This document shows positions 12,156 through 24,555 of a DNA stretch of 64,000 bases, piece after piece; position 1 is the first letter of the stretch; each line of letters begins with the position of its first letter. The notes under the pieces are model-generated. The model saw nothing but the letters and a program-made list of their open reading frames with translations, was not told where the DNA came from and did no database searches. The DNA is taken from NCBI RefSeq assembly GCF_030028105.1, contig NC_092400.1, positions 13,702,001 through 13,766,000 of the forward strand, read 5' to 3'. The position numbers were made by a program, and so were the translations under genes. This DNA is from Mobula birostris (taxonomy: Eukaryota).

Positions 12156-13842
12156 TCCCAGCTGTAATAGTGGCCAGAGGACCTAGGGTAACAGAGGAAC
12201 TGAAGGAAATTCGCATCAGGCACAAAATGATGTTGGGTAAACTGATGGGACTGAAGGTTGATAAATCCCCAGGGCCTGATGGTCTGCATCCCAGGGTACT
12301 TAAGGAGGTGGCTCTAGAAATCATGGATGCATTGGTAATTACTTTCCAGTGTTCTATAGATTCATGATCAGTTCCTGCGGATTGGAGGGTAGCTAATGTT
12401 ATCCCACTTTTTAAGAAAGGAGGGAGAGAGAAAACAGGCAATTATAGACCAGATAGTCTGACATCAGTGGTGGGGAAGATGCTGGAATCAATTATAAAAG
12501 ATGTAATAGTGGCATATTTGGATAGCAGTGGCAGGATAGGTCTGAGTCAGCATGGATTTACGAAGGGGAAATCATGCTTGACTAATCTTTTGGAATCTTT
12601 TGAGAATGTGTCTATGAAAATGGACATGGGAAAGCCAGTGGATGTAGTGTACCTAGACTTTCAGAAAGCCTTTGATAAGGTCCCACATAGGAAGTTAGTG
12701 TTCAAAATTAGAGCAAATGGTATTGGGGGTAGGGTACTGACATGGATAGAAAATTGGCTGGCAGCCAAGAAACAAAGAGTAGGGATTAATGGGTCCTTTT
12801 CAGAATGGCAGGCAGTGACTAGTGGGGTACTGCAAGGCTCAGTGCTGGGATCGCAGCTATTTACAATATACATTAATAATTTAGATGAAGGGATTAAAAG
12901 TAATATTAGCAAATTTGCGATGACACAAAGCTAGGTGGCAGTGTGAAATGAGAGGAGGATGTTATGAGAATGCAGGGTGACTTGGACGGGTTGGGTGGGT
13001 GGGCAGATGCATGGCAGATGCAGTTTAATGTGGATAAATGTGAGGTTATCCACTTTGGTGGCAAGAACAGGAAGGCAGATTACTATCTGAATGGTGTCAA
13101 GTTAGGAAGAGGGGAAGTACAACGAGATCTAGGTCTCCTTGTTCATCAGTCATTGAAAATAAGCATGCAGGTACAGCAGGCAGTGAAGAAAGCTAAAGGC
13201 ATGCTGGCCTTCATAACAAGGGGAATTGAGTATAGGAGCAAAGAGGTCCTTCTGTAGTTGTACAGGGCCCTGGTGAAACCACACCTGGAATATTGTGTAC
13301 AGTTTTGGTCTCCAAATTTGAGGAGGGACATTCTAGCTATTGAGGGAGTGCAGCGTAGGCTCACGAGGTTAATTCCCGGGATGGCGGGACTGTCATATGT
13401 TGAAAGATTGGAGCGACTAGGGTTGTATACACTGGAATTTAGAAGGATGAGAGGGGATCTGATTGAAACATATAAGATTATTAAGGGATTGGACACGCTA
13501 GAGGCAGGAAACATGTTCCCGATGTTGGGGGAGTCCAGAACTAGAGGCCACAGTTTAAGAATAAGGGGTAGACAATTTAGAGCGGAGTTGAGGAAAAACT
13601 TTTTCACACAGAGGGTTGTGGTTCTGTGGAATGCTCTGCCTCAGAAGGCAGTGGAGGCCAATTCTCTGGATTTTTTCAAAAAAGAGTTAGATAGAGCTCT
13701 TAATGATAGCGGAGTGAAGGGATAATAGGGAGAAGGCAGGAACAGGGTACTGATTGTGGATGATCAGCCATGATCACAGTGGATGGTGGTGCTGGCTCAA
13801 AGGGCTGAATGACCTACTCCTGCACCCATTGTCTATTGTCTA
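12156..13842 (+). mobile_element. 5'-truncated CR1 LINE, RT and 3' end, relatively well preserved
   Basis: ORFs 12170-13725: KSPGPDGLHPRVLKE, QHGFTKGKSCLTNL, VDVVYLDFQKAFDKVPH, SGVLQGSVLG, PHLEYCVQFWSP. Few stops; ends in a ctattgt tandem tail. Confidence 0.92.
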
Positions 13843-14059
13843 ACTGCATAACTGTGAAAATTCACTAAGATAATATCAGGGATAATAAACTGCAGTTGAA
13901 ACGAATGAGCTGAGATATGAATAGGATTTCCATGTAGATAATAAGTTTACATGAAAGGTTTCAATTGCCAAATTATCAGATGAAACAATAACAAATAGTT
14001 ATTTCAAAAATTACAATAAGCAATATTGTCATTTTCTTTTGGTTTATGTACATCACAGC

Positions 14060-14472
14060 CTGATAAGGAGGTTCCAATCCACAGGAAACTGCAGAGGGTT
14101 CTAGACTCAGGCAGCTGTATCATGTGCACAACCTTCCTCACCATCGAGGATATCATCAAGAGATGGTGCATCAAGAAGCTGGCATCCATCTTTAATGATC
14201 CTCACCATTCAAGACATGCTTTCTTCTGGTTACTACAATCAGGGAGGAGGTACAGGGGCCTGAAGATCAATGCTTAATGGTTCACAAACAGCCTTTTTCC
14301 CTCTGCCATCATATTTCTGAATAGTCCATGAATATATTTCAATATTCTTTTTTAAGCTTAGATACTTTATAACAATTATAATAACTTAATGTTTTTTTCA
14401 GCTTGCCTGCTGCTGCAAAACAAAGCAACATATTTCATGTCATGTATAATAGTAATGATAAACCTGATTCTG
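14060..14472 (+). mobile_element. Rex1-like LINE 3' end fragment
   Basis: RKLQRVLDS...SIFNDPHHSRHAFFWLLQSGRRYRGLK; 'ataaacctgattctga' tail. Confidence 0.7.
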
Positions 14473-15874
14473 AGTGAGGTTTTATCACCTGGGAGTGGCT
14501 AGCAAATACTGCAACTTATGCGGAAAAATCAGAACAAAACATTCAAAGCATCTAGGAATGTGCGAGTCTGTGGGACTGGTTTGGAAAAGTCTTAGGAAAG
14601 AGCTAGTACAAAAAAAAACAGACCAACCATCCTCCTTCTCCACTGTAGTTTTTAAACATTTCTCTTTCTGTCAATTGTCTGTTCAGACTCAAGTCAGATG
14701 GCTACTCAATGTAAACATTTACTGAGCATTTTCTCAGAAGTAAAATTTATTTCTTTTAAACAATAGTCATGAAATTGTTCCTTAATCTCTGAGAGCTAAT
14801 GATTAATAGAAAATTAAGTGTAAGAACAGGGATGACAAGCAAGAACAAAAAGGTCAAATGAGACGCAATAAAACTTCACCCTATCCATTAATAGCAGAAA
14901 AGAGTTACAATGGTACAAGTCCTTACCATCAAATGCGGAAATCAACTGTAGAAGTTTATCAATTATATTTCAATCAACTATTTCCATTATTTACAACATC
15001 TAAGGAACTTTCTTTTGAAAACAATCTTTAGATTGACTGGGCCTCGCAGTCCTCTGAGTGAAGAAATTTCTTCTCTTTTCAGTCTTAAATCTTTTATTTT
15101 GAGTAGTTCTTGACTCCTTGGCCACAGGAAACATCCACCGTATGTACCCTATCAAAACCTCTAAGAATTTCAATGGCAATCACTTCTAACTTCTTGAGAA
15201 TAGAGGCCTCTTCATTGAGAGACCAGCCATCCCATGAACCAATCTCGGTGAATCAACCTATGTCCTTTATAATAACCATTTACTTTCCCGATTGCCTGCA
15301 CTTGTATGTCAGCATTCAATAATTGCTGCACAAGACACCAATGTCTTCTGAACTAACATTTTCTAAACTTTCCCTTAAGAGAATACTCATCATTTGTTCG
15401 GTACTGAAATCAATAACCTCACACAATTTCTTATTATGATGTTATAAGGTTCGTGGTTTAAATGGACATTTCTTTTACAAGGTCGATGGGCTACATAGTC
15501 CCCTGATACGCTGATGCACAGCAAGGGTCCCAAATATCGCTCTGGGTTTCATAAAAGTGCACTCAACTCCGCCACTCACTGGCTCGGCATCATCAGATCC
15601 ACCGAAAGCCAGGGACCTGTATCTCCAGCCCTCTCTCCACAGATGCTGGCTGACCAGATGCTGCTTTTATTTGCTAACCTAGTACGATGAAGCAGACGGC
15701 CACAAGTTTTCGCACCATCACAGCGAGCAGCGTGACAGAGCACAGCTTTCAATGAGATGTAAACATATCTCGGGGCTTCCCCGCACAGCTCAGGGTGCAC
15801 CGGCTGCTCGGGGGCACCAAAGTTGCGCCGCTTAAGATTCTGACATTAAAAGTGTAAGCGATCACATTTCCTAC

Positions 15875-15971
15875 TTTCGTTGGGGATATCGTCTCTGACA
15901 GAGTCGGCGCTCAGCCCCGTGTTGTCTTCTGTCAAGATTAAAGGGACGTCATCGTCGACAGGCAGCGCCAT
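15875..15971 (-). CDS. TPCN1: Two-pore channel 1, first coding exon (remainder of the gene to the left)
   Basis: ATG at 15971 gives MALPVDDDVPLILTEDNTGLSADSVRDDIPNE, matching the TPC1 N-terminus (human MAVSLDDDVPLILT). Phase-1 donor A|gtagga at 15874. Head-to-head with IQCD as in human. Confidence 0.88.
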
Positions 15972-16256
15972 CACCAGCTCGCCGCAGCCTCCCCTCGCTC
16001 ACAGCCGAGTCTCGCACCGCTCAACCCAACTTCACGCTCCAGTGGGAGGGTGGGTCCTCTCTTCCCTTCCGACTGCCGATTGGTTGAAAGTGACAGTAGG
16101 CCGGGCGAGACCTCCACGAAGGAACGTCAATCAAAGCGCAGGGACCATCACGTTTGGTCGAGGTCTCCGCTTCGCGTGCCCGTCTTTTCCTCCGTCCTGA
16201 ACGCGCGGCTAGAAAACCAAGGCGGGGGCCATGGGGTCAGAGGGGAAAGGTCACGC

Positions 16257-16269
16257 GTTTCTTAGCAAC
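16257..16269 (+). promoter_or_regulatory. RFX X-box motif
   Basis: GTTTCTTAGCAAC has a perfect RGYAAC half-site and lies upstream of a motile-cilia gene. Confidence 0.6.
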
Positions 16270-17786
16270 GGAATAAGCGCATCTAGCAAACAGAAGCACC
16301 GGGCGTGCATTCTCCGGATATCGAGCTTCCTGACATGTAAAGTAAAGAGTAAAGGACCGGAACCAGGCTGAACACTGGGGGTAGAGAGAATAGCCGATCT
16401 GCCGAGTGGTGTGGATTTGTGTTTTCTCCAACTGGGGAGCTGACCAGGTACTTGTGGGAGCAACGGTTCTCTTAACGCGAGCTTCTGCCCAAACCCCACC
16501 ACAGAGATCTGAGCACCAGGTCCACTGGAGCTCATGTGAGGCTGTCGTCGTTGTTAAAGTAGTTTTATGGGTGATCATTGCTGGCTGTGGTAGCAAGTTG
16601 GTTGAGCGTAGAAACGACTGCATCTTAAAATAATAATTGGCTGTTAAAGCAGTTTGGGAGGTTTTTGTGTGATTGAGATGTCAATAGGGAGAGTTAATTG
16701 GTTATCGAACAAACATTGTCCTTGTAAAGGAGCTAAATAGAGAAATATTGGAAATGTAATAAACTCCAAAATTCTCTACTAGAGCTTGAAGATACGTATT
16801 TTTTCCAAATTTGTAATTTAAGTCAGACTAATTTGTTTGTGTATATTTTTTGTCTCATAACGTTAATCTAAACAAACGCAATTAACATTTTTTCAAAATG
16901 AATACATAAAATATGTCCTATTTACCAAATACAATACGAAACTTACATTTATTTTGTGCATATAAAATACCACATCGAAACAATTAGATGGAATTTGACC
17001 TTAAATCACATAAGGAGATATTAACAAAGATGCAAGTTTAAGGAATAGCTGAAAGGATAGAAGGATAGAATAGTTTAGGGAGGGAAATCTCGTGCTCGCA
17101 GCCCAGGCAGCTGAAAGCACGATCTCCATTGTTGGAATGTTGAAAATCAGGGACTAGAATTGGAGGAAAGCAGAGAACTGAACACTTTCCATGGATAAAT
17201 GAGAATTTTAAAATTGGTGCATTAGTTGAATTCCTGGTTCAGTAAGAAATGGAGGAAGCCAGTTAGGATTCAAACAATAATTTCAGACAAGCTTGAGTTT
17301 GTGGAGAAAGAGGAATAACCATAAAAATGTTTATTTTAGTTTTTATATAACTAACATATTTTATAATTGTAATTTAATATAGCAATTACTCTTGTTCATT
17401 TATCAATTATTTCAAATAATATCTTTTTATAACAACTATTATTAGATAAGAGCACTTGATAAAATATAATATAAAACAGATGCAGGTATTTAAGGCACTC
17501 TTCTGCTTTTGCATGTTTCTGCAATCATTTGTTAAAATCCTTACATATTTCCTGCTGGTACCCTGATCTGTTGTGTCAACCACGTCTCAATGGTAACACT
17601 CTTCCTTTAATTCAGAAGGTGGTGAGTTTAAATTTCACTCCATGAGTGTGAATTCTAAAAGTAAATTTTTCTTTTTAAACAAAGACAAATTTCAGAGTTG
17701 TATACTGCCTACATACATTGATAAGAAATGTAGCTTGAACCTTAACTTCTAATGCTGTGCTCAAAAAAAATATTAAACTAATCAAT

Positions 17787-18438
17787 CAACACACACAAAA
17801 GTTGCTGATGAACGCAGCAGGCCAGGCAGCATCTCTAGGAAGAGGTACAGGTTGACATTTTGGGCCGAGACCCTTCGTCAGGACTAACTGAAAGAAGAGC
17901 TAGTAAGAGATTTGAGAGGGGGAGGGGGAGATCTGAAATGATAGGAGAAGACAGGAGGGGGAGGGGTAGAGCCAAGAGCTGGACAGGTGATAGGCAAAAG
18001 GAGTATGAGAGGATCATGGGACAGGAGGCCCAGGGAGAAGGAAAAGAGGGAGGGGGGAAAAACCCAGAGGATGGGCAAGGGGTATAGTGAGGGAGACAGA
18101 GGAAGAAAAAGGAGAGAGAGAAAAAGAATGTGTGTATATAAATAAAGGATGGGGTACGAGGGGGAGGTGGGGCATTAGCGGAAGTTTGAGAAGTCAATGT
18201 TCATGCCATCAGGTTGGAGGCTACCCAGACGTAATATAAGGTGTTGTTCCCCCAACCTGAGTGTGGCTTCATCTTTACAGTAGAGGAGGCCGTGGATAGA
18301 CATATCAGAATGGGAATGGGACATGGAATTAAAATGTGTGGCCACTGGGAGATCCTGCTCTCTCTGGCGGACAGAGCGTAGGTGTTCAGCGAAATGATCT
18401 CCCAGTCTGCGTCAGGTCTCGCCAATTTATAGAAGGCC
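17787..18438 (-). mobile_element. Penelope-like element 3' fragment (GIY-YIG endonuclease C-terminus plus pseudo-LTR with mutated hammerhead)
   Basis: Minus strand encodes RLGDHFAEHLRSVRQ...DLPVATHFNS...LGSLQPDGMNIDFSNF. Hammerhead-like motif at 17850-17885 with GAAA>AAAA. 10-bp TSD actaatcaat at 17777-17786 and 18439-18448. Confidence 0.8.
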
Positions 18439-18550
18439 ACTAATCAATATCCCTTTTTTTGGATGCAATGTCAAGCTGCCAGCTCATTCAAGTGGATGTA
18501 AAAGATCCCCCTTGGAAGCGTAACCATAATCATTGTTTCTAGGTCTATAG

Positions 18551-18631
18551 CAGGGGTTCCCAACCTGGGGTCCATGGACCCCTCAGTTAATGGTAGGGGT
18601 CCATGACAAAAGAAAAGGTTAGGAACCCTTG
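18551..18631. mobile_element. Short hAT/Charlie-like MITE
   Basis: CAGGGGTTCCCAACCT ... AGGTTAGGAACCCTTG; same family as 56760 and 60771. Confidence 0.7.
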
Positions 18632-19803
18632 AATTATAGAGAGACGTGCCACAGAACCAGTCCTTTGGCCTATTAGCCGATGCTGATCATTAACTATCCA
18701 CTAATCTTACATTAATCAGTTTTCGGTGGCCTATTAACCAACCAACCCATATGCTTTTGGGATAAGAGAGGAATCTGGAGGAAACAGTCAGAGAGATGAA
18801 GTGCAAACTGAGTCTGTGGTGTTCTGAAGTAGCTATTCCACTGTGCTGCCCTTTAACTGAGCCAATGCTCTTAATTTATACTGTATTACTAAACAAAACC
18901 TCTTATTAGCATATTTTCTTTATAAACAGAACTACTTACTGCTGTGTAGTGTTTTGTGCACCTTGGTTGCGATTATCCTATATAAATGCTCCTTTCACCA
19001 AATGAAAAAAGGTGAGCTTATGAAGGGAAAATAAATGTGAAAGAAATCAATGAAGATCAAAATGCTGCTGATAGCGAAATCTAAAATAAAATCAAAATTC
19101 TGGAAAGACTCAGCAAGTCAGGCAGCATATGTTATGTAGCGAGATGCAAGTAGGGTTAACATTCAAGACTTTTTATCAGAATTGGAAGATGTTGAAGATG
19201 AACAAATTCTTAACATACACAACCAAAAGAGAAAGCAAAGGCTCTACTAGATTGAAGTTTTGAGTTGATTAAATGACAGAAACAATGATCATACAGGCAA
19301 AAGGAGACAATAGTTAGACAGATATGGGAAGATCATCCATGTAAATGATTAAATGACCAAAGCATCAGTCTCATTGGTTCTGATACAGCTAGCTCCCCAA
19401 AGTCTTGGATTTTTGCATTTGTAAGCACAATGGTTTTGGTTTGCTAGTGAATGGTAATAGTGGTATTGGCAGTCAGAAAGATCCCCAAGGTTGTGAACTG
19501 AAATTTCCTGTTGTGGCCACAGTAAACTTCAACTATTAGCATTTGCAGCTTAAAAAAATGTGTTTTAAGTGTTTTGATTTGATCACATCAAATGAGTGTA
19601 GACATTGGATGTAATTTTTAACTACAGTAGCCGAATCACAGTTGAAAAATTTTACTCCATACTTTGTCTCTTAATGGTTCCAAGGACAGATTTTGATAAA
19701 AATTCTGCTTCAATATTTAGAAAATATTTTATTTGTGTTTCAGCAATATAACCCGTTGAAGGTCTAAAGATCTCAAGAGCAATACTTCCTGAAGAAAGGA
19801 ACA

Positions 19804-20532
19804 ATGGCAACTGAAGCCATAGAGCAACATCAGAAAGAAGCCATGAATGTTGAGACTATTAGCAGAAGAATGATTGATTATGATCTGATCACACAAAGAG
19901 GGGGACCCAAAGCAGATGCTCTGCAAATCTTAGAACCATTCAGAAGAAAGCTTGCATCAATTGAAGCAGAAAGAATTATTTCAGTAATTGAAAAGACCAT
20001 TGAGAACTTGGAAAGAGTTACCTTGCTTCCCCACATTGCCGACAACCTCAGCAGATTCAGTGTTGCTATCGGTTTGGAATTAACATGTGCTCTCAGGGAA
20101 TACATTAGAATAGAGCAACACCTGCATTTTGCTATTAGTAAATTGAATGAGGAAGAGTCTCCTGAAGAGGAAAATCAAGATGGAAAGCACAAAGTAAAAA
20201 CCAAAGAAGAGAGAGTAAATGATGTAAAACAACTTAAGCAGGCCCTTGGTAGCTCAGTTAAAAGCATCCTCCGGCTCTTTCAGGGAAATCCTTCAGCATG
20301 TCAAGTAATTCAAGTGGAATGTAAAGCTCGGAAACCACCTTGTGTAAGTCTCATTCTGGCACTTATGAAGCTGAAAGACTTGGTGTTTGGAAAACTTTTG
20401 GTATCACCCACAGAAGATAAACAAAAATCTGAGTTTGTGGAAAACATTATTTTGCAAGATAAGCAAAATGTAGAAATTATTGCCACTTTGGAGGCAGAAC
20501 TGGCAGCAGCCATCCAAGATAAAGAAAATGAG
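19804..20532 (+). CDS. IQCD: IQCD / dynein regulatory complex subunit 10, coding exon 1
   Basis: MATEAIEQ...LEPFRRKLASIEAERIISVIEKTI...AAAIQDKENE, 243 codons. Acceptor tttcag ends at 19743; donor GAG|gtaatc. Confidence 0.9.
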
Positions 20533-21904
20533 GTAATCCTTACACCTATTATTAACCTGATATCTTACCCTACCTCAGACAACAGGGTATGTTTATAAGC
20601 CGCCTTCTTCTTCTTGCACCCTTAGGTCCCTGTGGAATTCATCAATGTTTCTGTAATCTGTTTTATCCACCGTACAGCTTCACCAGCGCCCTGTTGGCCG
20701 GCTTTACCAATTTCCACCTGTCGTGACAGGGACATGGGATTAGACTTTGAGAAGTATTGATTTTAAGTGGCTATGTATAATTCACCAGATTAATTAAAAG
20801 TAGATTTTCAAATGCATCCAGGAACTTGTACACCAGGCATTTAAAACAAGTTATAATGCCAAGTATGGAACCTTTCCAAAATAGGCATTTCAGTTTGATA
20901 CCTTTTAGCTAAAATATAGATTTATGAACATGAATACATTTATAGATATTTCACATTGTGCAAAAAGATTAAAATAGCAGCTTTTACATAATTTGCACAA
21001 CATTTCATTATTCTTGCCTAACTATTATTAAGATAAATATTATTAACAGAATATAGCTGAGGCTTGGTTGGCAGATATTGAAAGTACATCCTGTCTTTCC
21101 TAATTAAATATTACTCTCTGAATGAGAGTGGCCATTTATAAGGGTAAAATAGGGTGGGGAGGAGGTTAAAAAAAGCTTAGGGAGTCAAGCTGAAAATTGT
21201 CTTGTTTGTGTTAGTTTTGATCTTTTGCAGCTGCCTGCTTTGTTAAGTGGTTATCATTCCCTTAAGTAGTTATGTTGCCTTTCTTAAAATAATAATAATA
21301 CAATGAATTATATTTGCAAGTGCAAAATTTATACTCAAAACCATAGTAGCACAACATTATTATCTTAACCATATTTTCAATTGGTCATTAAAGGTGAGCC
21401 AAATTTGATATAGGCAGTGTGGCTTGATTCACAAGATTATGTGGCCATATGTTCAGAACAGTGTGATGTAATCTTTATCAAAATAATTGGACACAGTTAC
21501 TAAAATATACAACATATATGGCATCTCACTTCGGCAGACCCTTCACTTAAAGAAAACCCACTTGATGCTTCCAACTGACTGTAATCCTGCCTCCAGCCAC
21601 CACCAACTTTCAACTGGTGGTGAAAAATCCACAGCAATCAAAGAAGTACATGTCAAAACAAGCTGATAGACATGTCATAGTCAAATTTGGTTAAAGAATG
21701 GATTTTTGTTTTGTGTCTTCTACAAGATTATTAACAGTCCACAGTAAAAATGATCTTAATCACCACCCCCTATCATGAGACATTTGGGCAAACTACTAAG
21801 ATTCAGAAAGTAAGCTTGTGCAAATTAATATTACTTATCGTTATACTCTAAGAAGCAGAAAAATCACTGAGCTAGATGTGACTTCTGCGGACATTTTTTT
21901 TTAG

Positions 21905-22432
21905 ATTATGAAGATACGCAGTCCTCTTTTATTGTCATTTAGTAATGCATGCATTAAGAAATGATACAGTATTTCCTCCGGTGTGATATCACAAAACACA
22001 GCACAGACCAAGACTGAAAAAACTGACAAAACCACATAATTATAACATATAGTTATAACAGTGCAACAATACCATAACTTGATGAAGAAGTCCATGAGCA
22101 CAGTAACGTTCAAAGTCTCTCAAATGTCCCACATCTCACGCAGACGGGAGAACGAAGAAAAACTCTCCCTGCCATGTCAACCACAGTCCGACTCTGAGTC
22201 ATCCGAAAACTTTGAGCTCTGATCAGTTCTCCAGCACCAAGTACTAAGCGCCATATCTGTCCAAACAATTCGACCTCAACCTCGGTCACCAACAGCAGGC
22301 AAAGCCGGGGATTTTGAGGCCTACCCTCCGAAAGATTCCCAACCACGCAGTAACGACAGCAGCGAACAAGCGTTTCAGAAATTTCTCCAGATATTCCTCT
22401 GTGCTTTCACATCCATCCTCCATCAAATCAGA
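21905..22432 (-). repeat. Interspersed repeat (LINE-derived non-autonomous element)
   Basis: CpG-richer block with a LINE-like 'aatgacaataaaagaggact' tail on the minus strand; family not assignable from sequence alone. Confidence 0.45.
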
Positions 22433-23685
22433 ATTTTTGGCTTTCTTATAGACATGTACATTGTTGTTAGCATTCATGTAAATTTATATTTTGTTTCAGA
22501 ATATCTAATTTAAACAGGATTCAGCGTATTCATACCTTGGTACATCATTTCTAATTTTGTAATGGTTTCAGCCTCATTAGAGAGCAATAACACATACTAA
22601 TTCATATTCACTTGTGGGAACAGTTTGAAACTGCCTCATTCAATGCAGCATATAGACAAACTGTATTAAATCAATGGCTTAGTAGAAAATAACCAGTTGC
22701 TGTATTATGCACACAACTCTAATCTCCTTGAATGACATCAGATGTTCATCCACAACAACTCACAAACTAAATTCAAGTTCATGCAATGATATATATTTTT
22801 AAGAAATATCTTAAAAATAGTTAATGTAGTAGAGGATGATAAATCACTAGTTAGATATAATTCCAAACATGTACAGAGTAAAACAGTAAAAGCATCTCAA
22901 TCTAGCAACCATCTGATCAATAACCCATTTTTGTGTACTATCAATGAAGACAGCAGAACTTAATCTGCACTAAGCATCATTCATCCCAGGCTGCTGCAAC
23001 TATAGAGAGAAATTAGGGATGTTACTTCCAAATCACGTTCTCCCTTTTCAAAAAAGCATTGATATTGTTACCAGAAGCAAACCCACTGAATATAAACTCA
23101 AGTTCTTCATATTTTTTATTAAGTTAACCAGTGTGTGGTGTGGTGCTGTTATAGCTATTGGATTCATTTTTGTTATCTCACACTTGTACAGAATTTTGTG
23201 AAATAGACTCACAAGCAACAAGAATGTGGCTCTTTTTTTTATAGAATTAGTGATGCAGCGCAGCAGGAGAGTATTCAACTTATTATGCCTCAGTCAGCTC
23301 TTTGAAAGAGTTATTTGGTTTAACCTCGTCTGTTGCCCCCATAACTCACGCCTTTGTTAGGGTCATATCTCGTGTTACTGCCATGATATCATAATTGTAT
23401 ATGGCTGGTAATGCATGCAATACAGCGATATATACGACTTCCTGGCATTTACATGTATGCACTCTAAACCTACTTCAATCTTTTGAATTGCCGCTCATCT
23501 TCCACTCTTTCATTGGATAAGAGTTTGCTTTCAGAAAGGTAGTAATAGGAGAAAATTCAGGTAAATGAAACATCTTAAATCCATTCCATTTAAGGCACCA
23601 GTGACTTTTATAAGGATTACTTCAGCTTTAGCTGTTTGAGTAAGAAACAAGATTTAAGGTAAAAAGGACATAGATTATTCAAGTG

Positions 23686-23906
23686 ACACATATAAAAGTT
23701 GCTGGTGAACGCAGCAGGCCAGGCAGCATCTCTAGGAAGAGGTACAGTCGATGTTTCGGGCCAAGACCCTTCGTCAGGTCTGGAAGGGTCTCAGCCCGAA
23801 ACATCGACTGTACCTCTTCCTAGAGATGCTGCCTGGCCTGCTGCGTTCACCAGCAACTTTTATGTGTGTTGCTTGAAATTCCAGCATCTGCAGAATTCCT
23901 CGTGTT
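23686..23906. mobile_element. Palindromic Penelope-derived insertion
   Basis: About 85-bp near-perfect inverted arms around two opposed hammerhead-like motifs; 15-bp TSD tagattattcaagtg at 23671-23685 and 23907-23921. Confidence 0.85.
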
Positions 23907-24321
23907 TAGATTATTCAAGTGTTCCTGCTGCAGCAGCTAAATTTGCAATTGCCAACACAGTACCTAAATATGAAAATTGATTCTCTTAATCATAGTGCAA
24001 GAGAAACTGGGGGACTAATATCAGGATGCATAATTATAATATATGCAGACTGGCTCTTAGATAGGCACATGAATATATAGAGAATAGAACGATATGGACC
24101 ATGTGCATGCAGAAGGGATTAATTTAATTAGGTATCATTAGCTTAATTAGTTTGGCACAACATCATGGACCAAAAGGCCTGTTCCTATACAGTACTGTTC
24201 ATTGTTTGAAGTAGCCGTGTTGATATAGACAATGGTATATTTAATGTTTTGAAAACAAATCCTACTTAATAATGTATATCAATAACAATATCTTAACATC
24301 AAATATACATTCTATTACCAG

Positions 24322-24555
24322 ATGTTGAAAAAGAACGAGATAATTCGAAAACTTAAAAACAACCTGCTTCAACTTGACTTATTCTCAGAAGATTACATTC
24401 GTCAAATTAAGCAAGATGCAGAAAAACAGCAGCAAGCTGATCAGAAAGATTCAGAAGGGCGAGTGGTCAAGTTACAGGAAGAAATATCTCAGCTTCGAAC
24501 CCAGCTGAACAACTTGATTACAGAGCACAGATCATCTGAGCAAGCATTAAGAAGG
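24322..24555 (+). CDS. IQCD: IQCD coding exon 2 (coiled coil)
   Basis: ccag|ATG TTG AAA ... EQALRR|gtacat; 78 codons, phase 0/0. Confidence 0.88.

Larger units (their letters stand above)
15700..16450. promoter_or_regulatory. CpG island / bidirectional promoter of TPCN1 and IQCD
   Basis: CpG-rich stretch in an AT-rich background; ATTGG (CCAAT box) at 16079-16083; GC box near 16221; X-box at 16257. Confidence 0.75.

Noticed and set aside
15880-16633. Several ORFs across the CpG island
   Set aside because: GC-rich stop-poor sequence; only the minus-strand TPCN1 exon has recognisable homology.
20533-20598. ORF-track extensions of IQCD and DDX54 exons (also 24556-24684, 28642-28746, 53210-53266, 62105-62238)
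   Set aside because: These are read-through past canonical splice sites into introns; homology stops at the splice junctions.
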